The notes beneath the pieces were generated by a model. It was not told the origin of the DNA and made no database searches. It was given only the letters and a program-made list of their open reading frames with translations. The position numbers were made by a program, and so were the translations under genes. From Gammaproteobacteria bacterium (GTDB lineage: Bacteria > Pseudomonadota > Gammaproteobacteria > CAJXQU01), in assembly GCA_965238175.1 (NCBI GenBank), contig CBDEGZ010000003.1, positions 3,268,876-3,332,875 on the forward strand: a DNA stretch of 64,000 nt, read 5' to 3'. Below, one piece after another: positions 63,265 through 64,000 of this stretch (the first letter of the stretch is position 1; every line of letters starts with the position of its first letter).

Positions 63265-64000
63265 TGTAGAAATTCAGATTTGATCTGACAGTTACCCAAT
63301 TATCAGTAACCGACTGTCAGGTTAAGTTTAATTCACAAACTTTTCCTTCCAGATAGCTTGTCCGTCGATGAGTGTTTCCATCGGCGTCCTCCCGCAGCAC
63401 ATTTTGCCTTGGTGAGTTCGTTGAGTATTGTATTTGAGCAACCATTCGTCAAGGTCGAGTTGCAGTTCATCAATCGATTGGTAAATTTTCTTACGCAAAG
63501 CGACTTGATAAAACTCATTGAGGATCGTCTTATGGAATCGCTCACAAATACCATTCGTCTGAGGTGATTTGACCTTGGTTTTGGTGTGTTCGATATTGTT
63601 CAACGCCATATAAAGCTGATAATCATGCTGGTCAGCTCGCCCACAATACTCCGTCCCTCTATCTGTCAAAATGCGCAACATAGGCAAACGTTGTTGTTCG
63701 TAGAATGGGAGGACGCGGTCATTGAGCATGTCAGCTGCCGTAATCGGTGTTTTAGTCGGGTACAGTTTCGCGTGAGCGACCTTGCTGTAAGTATCAACAA
63801 ACGTTTGTTGATAAACCCGACCAATGCCTTTGAAAGTACCGACATAGTAAGTATCTTGCGAGCCAAGATAACCAGGGTGTGCCGTTTCTATCTCGCCACA
63901 AGCCTCATCGTCGTCTTTTTTGCGTTCCATCGCCGCGACTTGAGACTCAGTGAGGATCAAGCCTTCACCAGCTACCTTATCAGACAATGCCTTCAGGCGA
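63265..64000 (-). mobile_element. IS481-family element, copy 3 (truncated by window end)
   Basis: TGTAGAAATTCAGA end at 63265; sequence matches copy 2, including its SNP alleles; transposase 3' part 63328-64000. Confidence 0.93.

Noticed and set aside
63027-63269. 80-aa ORF after the IS110 transposase
   Set aside because: It runs across the IS right end, the MITE and the IS481 end, so it is a chance ORF.

Overview
Chromosomal window of a moderately AT-rich gammaproteobacterium, probably marine and possibly host-associated (inference). The backbone is housekeeping genes: ilvI, proS, hda, purM, yicC-gmk, rpoZ-spoT, rmuC, oxyR, degQ, rplM-rpsI, prc, rph-rdgB-hemW, trmJ, suhB, pilA-pilRS, sucCD, nadE. 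Accessory material is layered on top. (1) A complete polyhydroxyalkanoate cluster (2 phasins, phaC, 2 phaB, phaR, bktB-like thiolase, PhaR-type boxes) sits between gmk and rpoZ. (2) A GbpA-like AA10 LPMO gene lies between two unevenly diverged ~1.1-1.25 kb direct repeats carrying dsbA pseudogenes. (3) An orphan integron-type gene cassette. (4) A cNMP/rhodanese protein with 7 x 43-aa tandem repeats. (5) A decayed alternative pilin C-terminus behind pilA. (6) Three IS481 copies, two complete with 7-bp target duplications. (7) An IS110/IS1111 element whose non-coding right end contains readable target- and donor-matching guide segments (bridge/seekRNA type). Its target is the terminal repeat of a ~200-bp hairpin MITE, which abuts the third IS481. 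The frameshifts in rph-rdgB-hemW look like local homopolymer sequencing errors. All calls come from reading the sequence and the ORF track; no searches were run.
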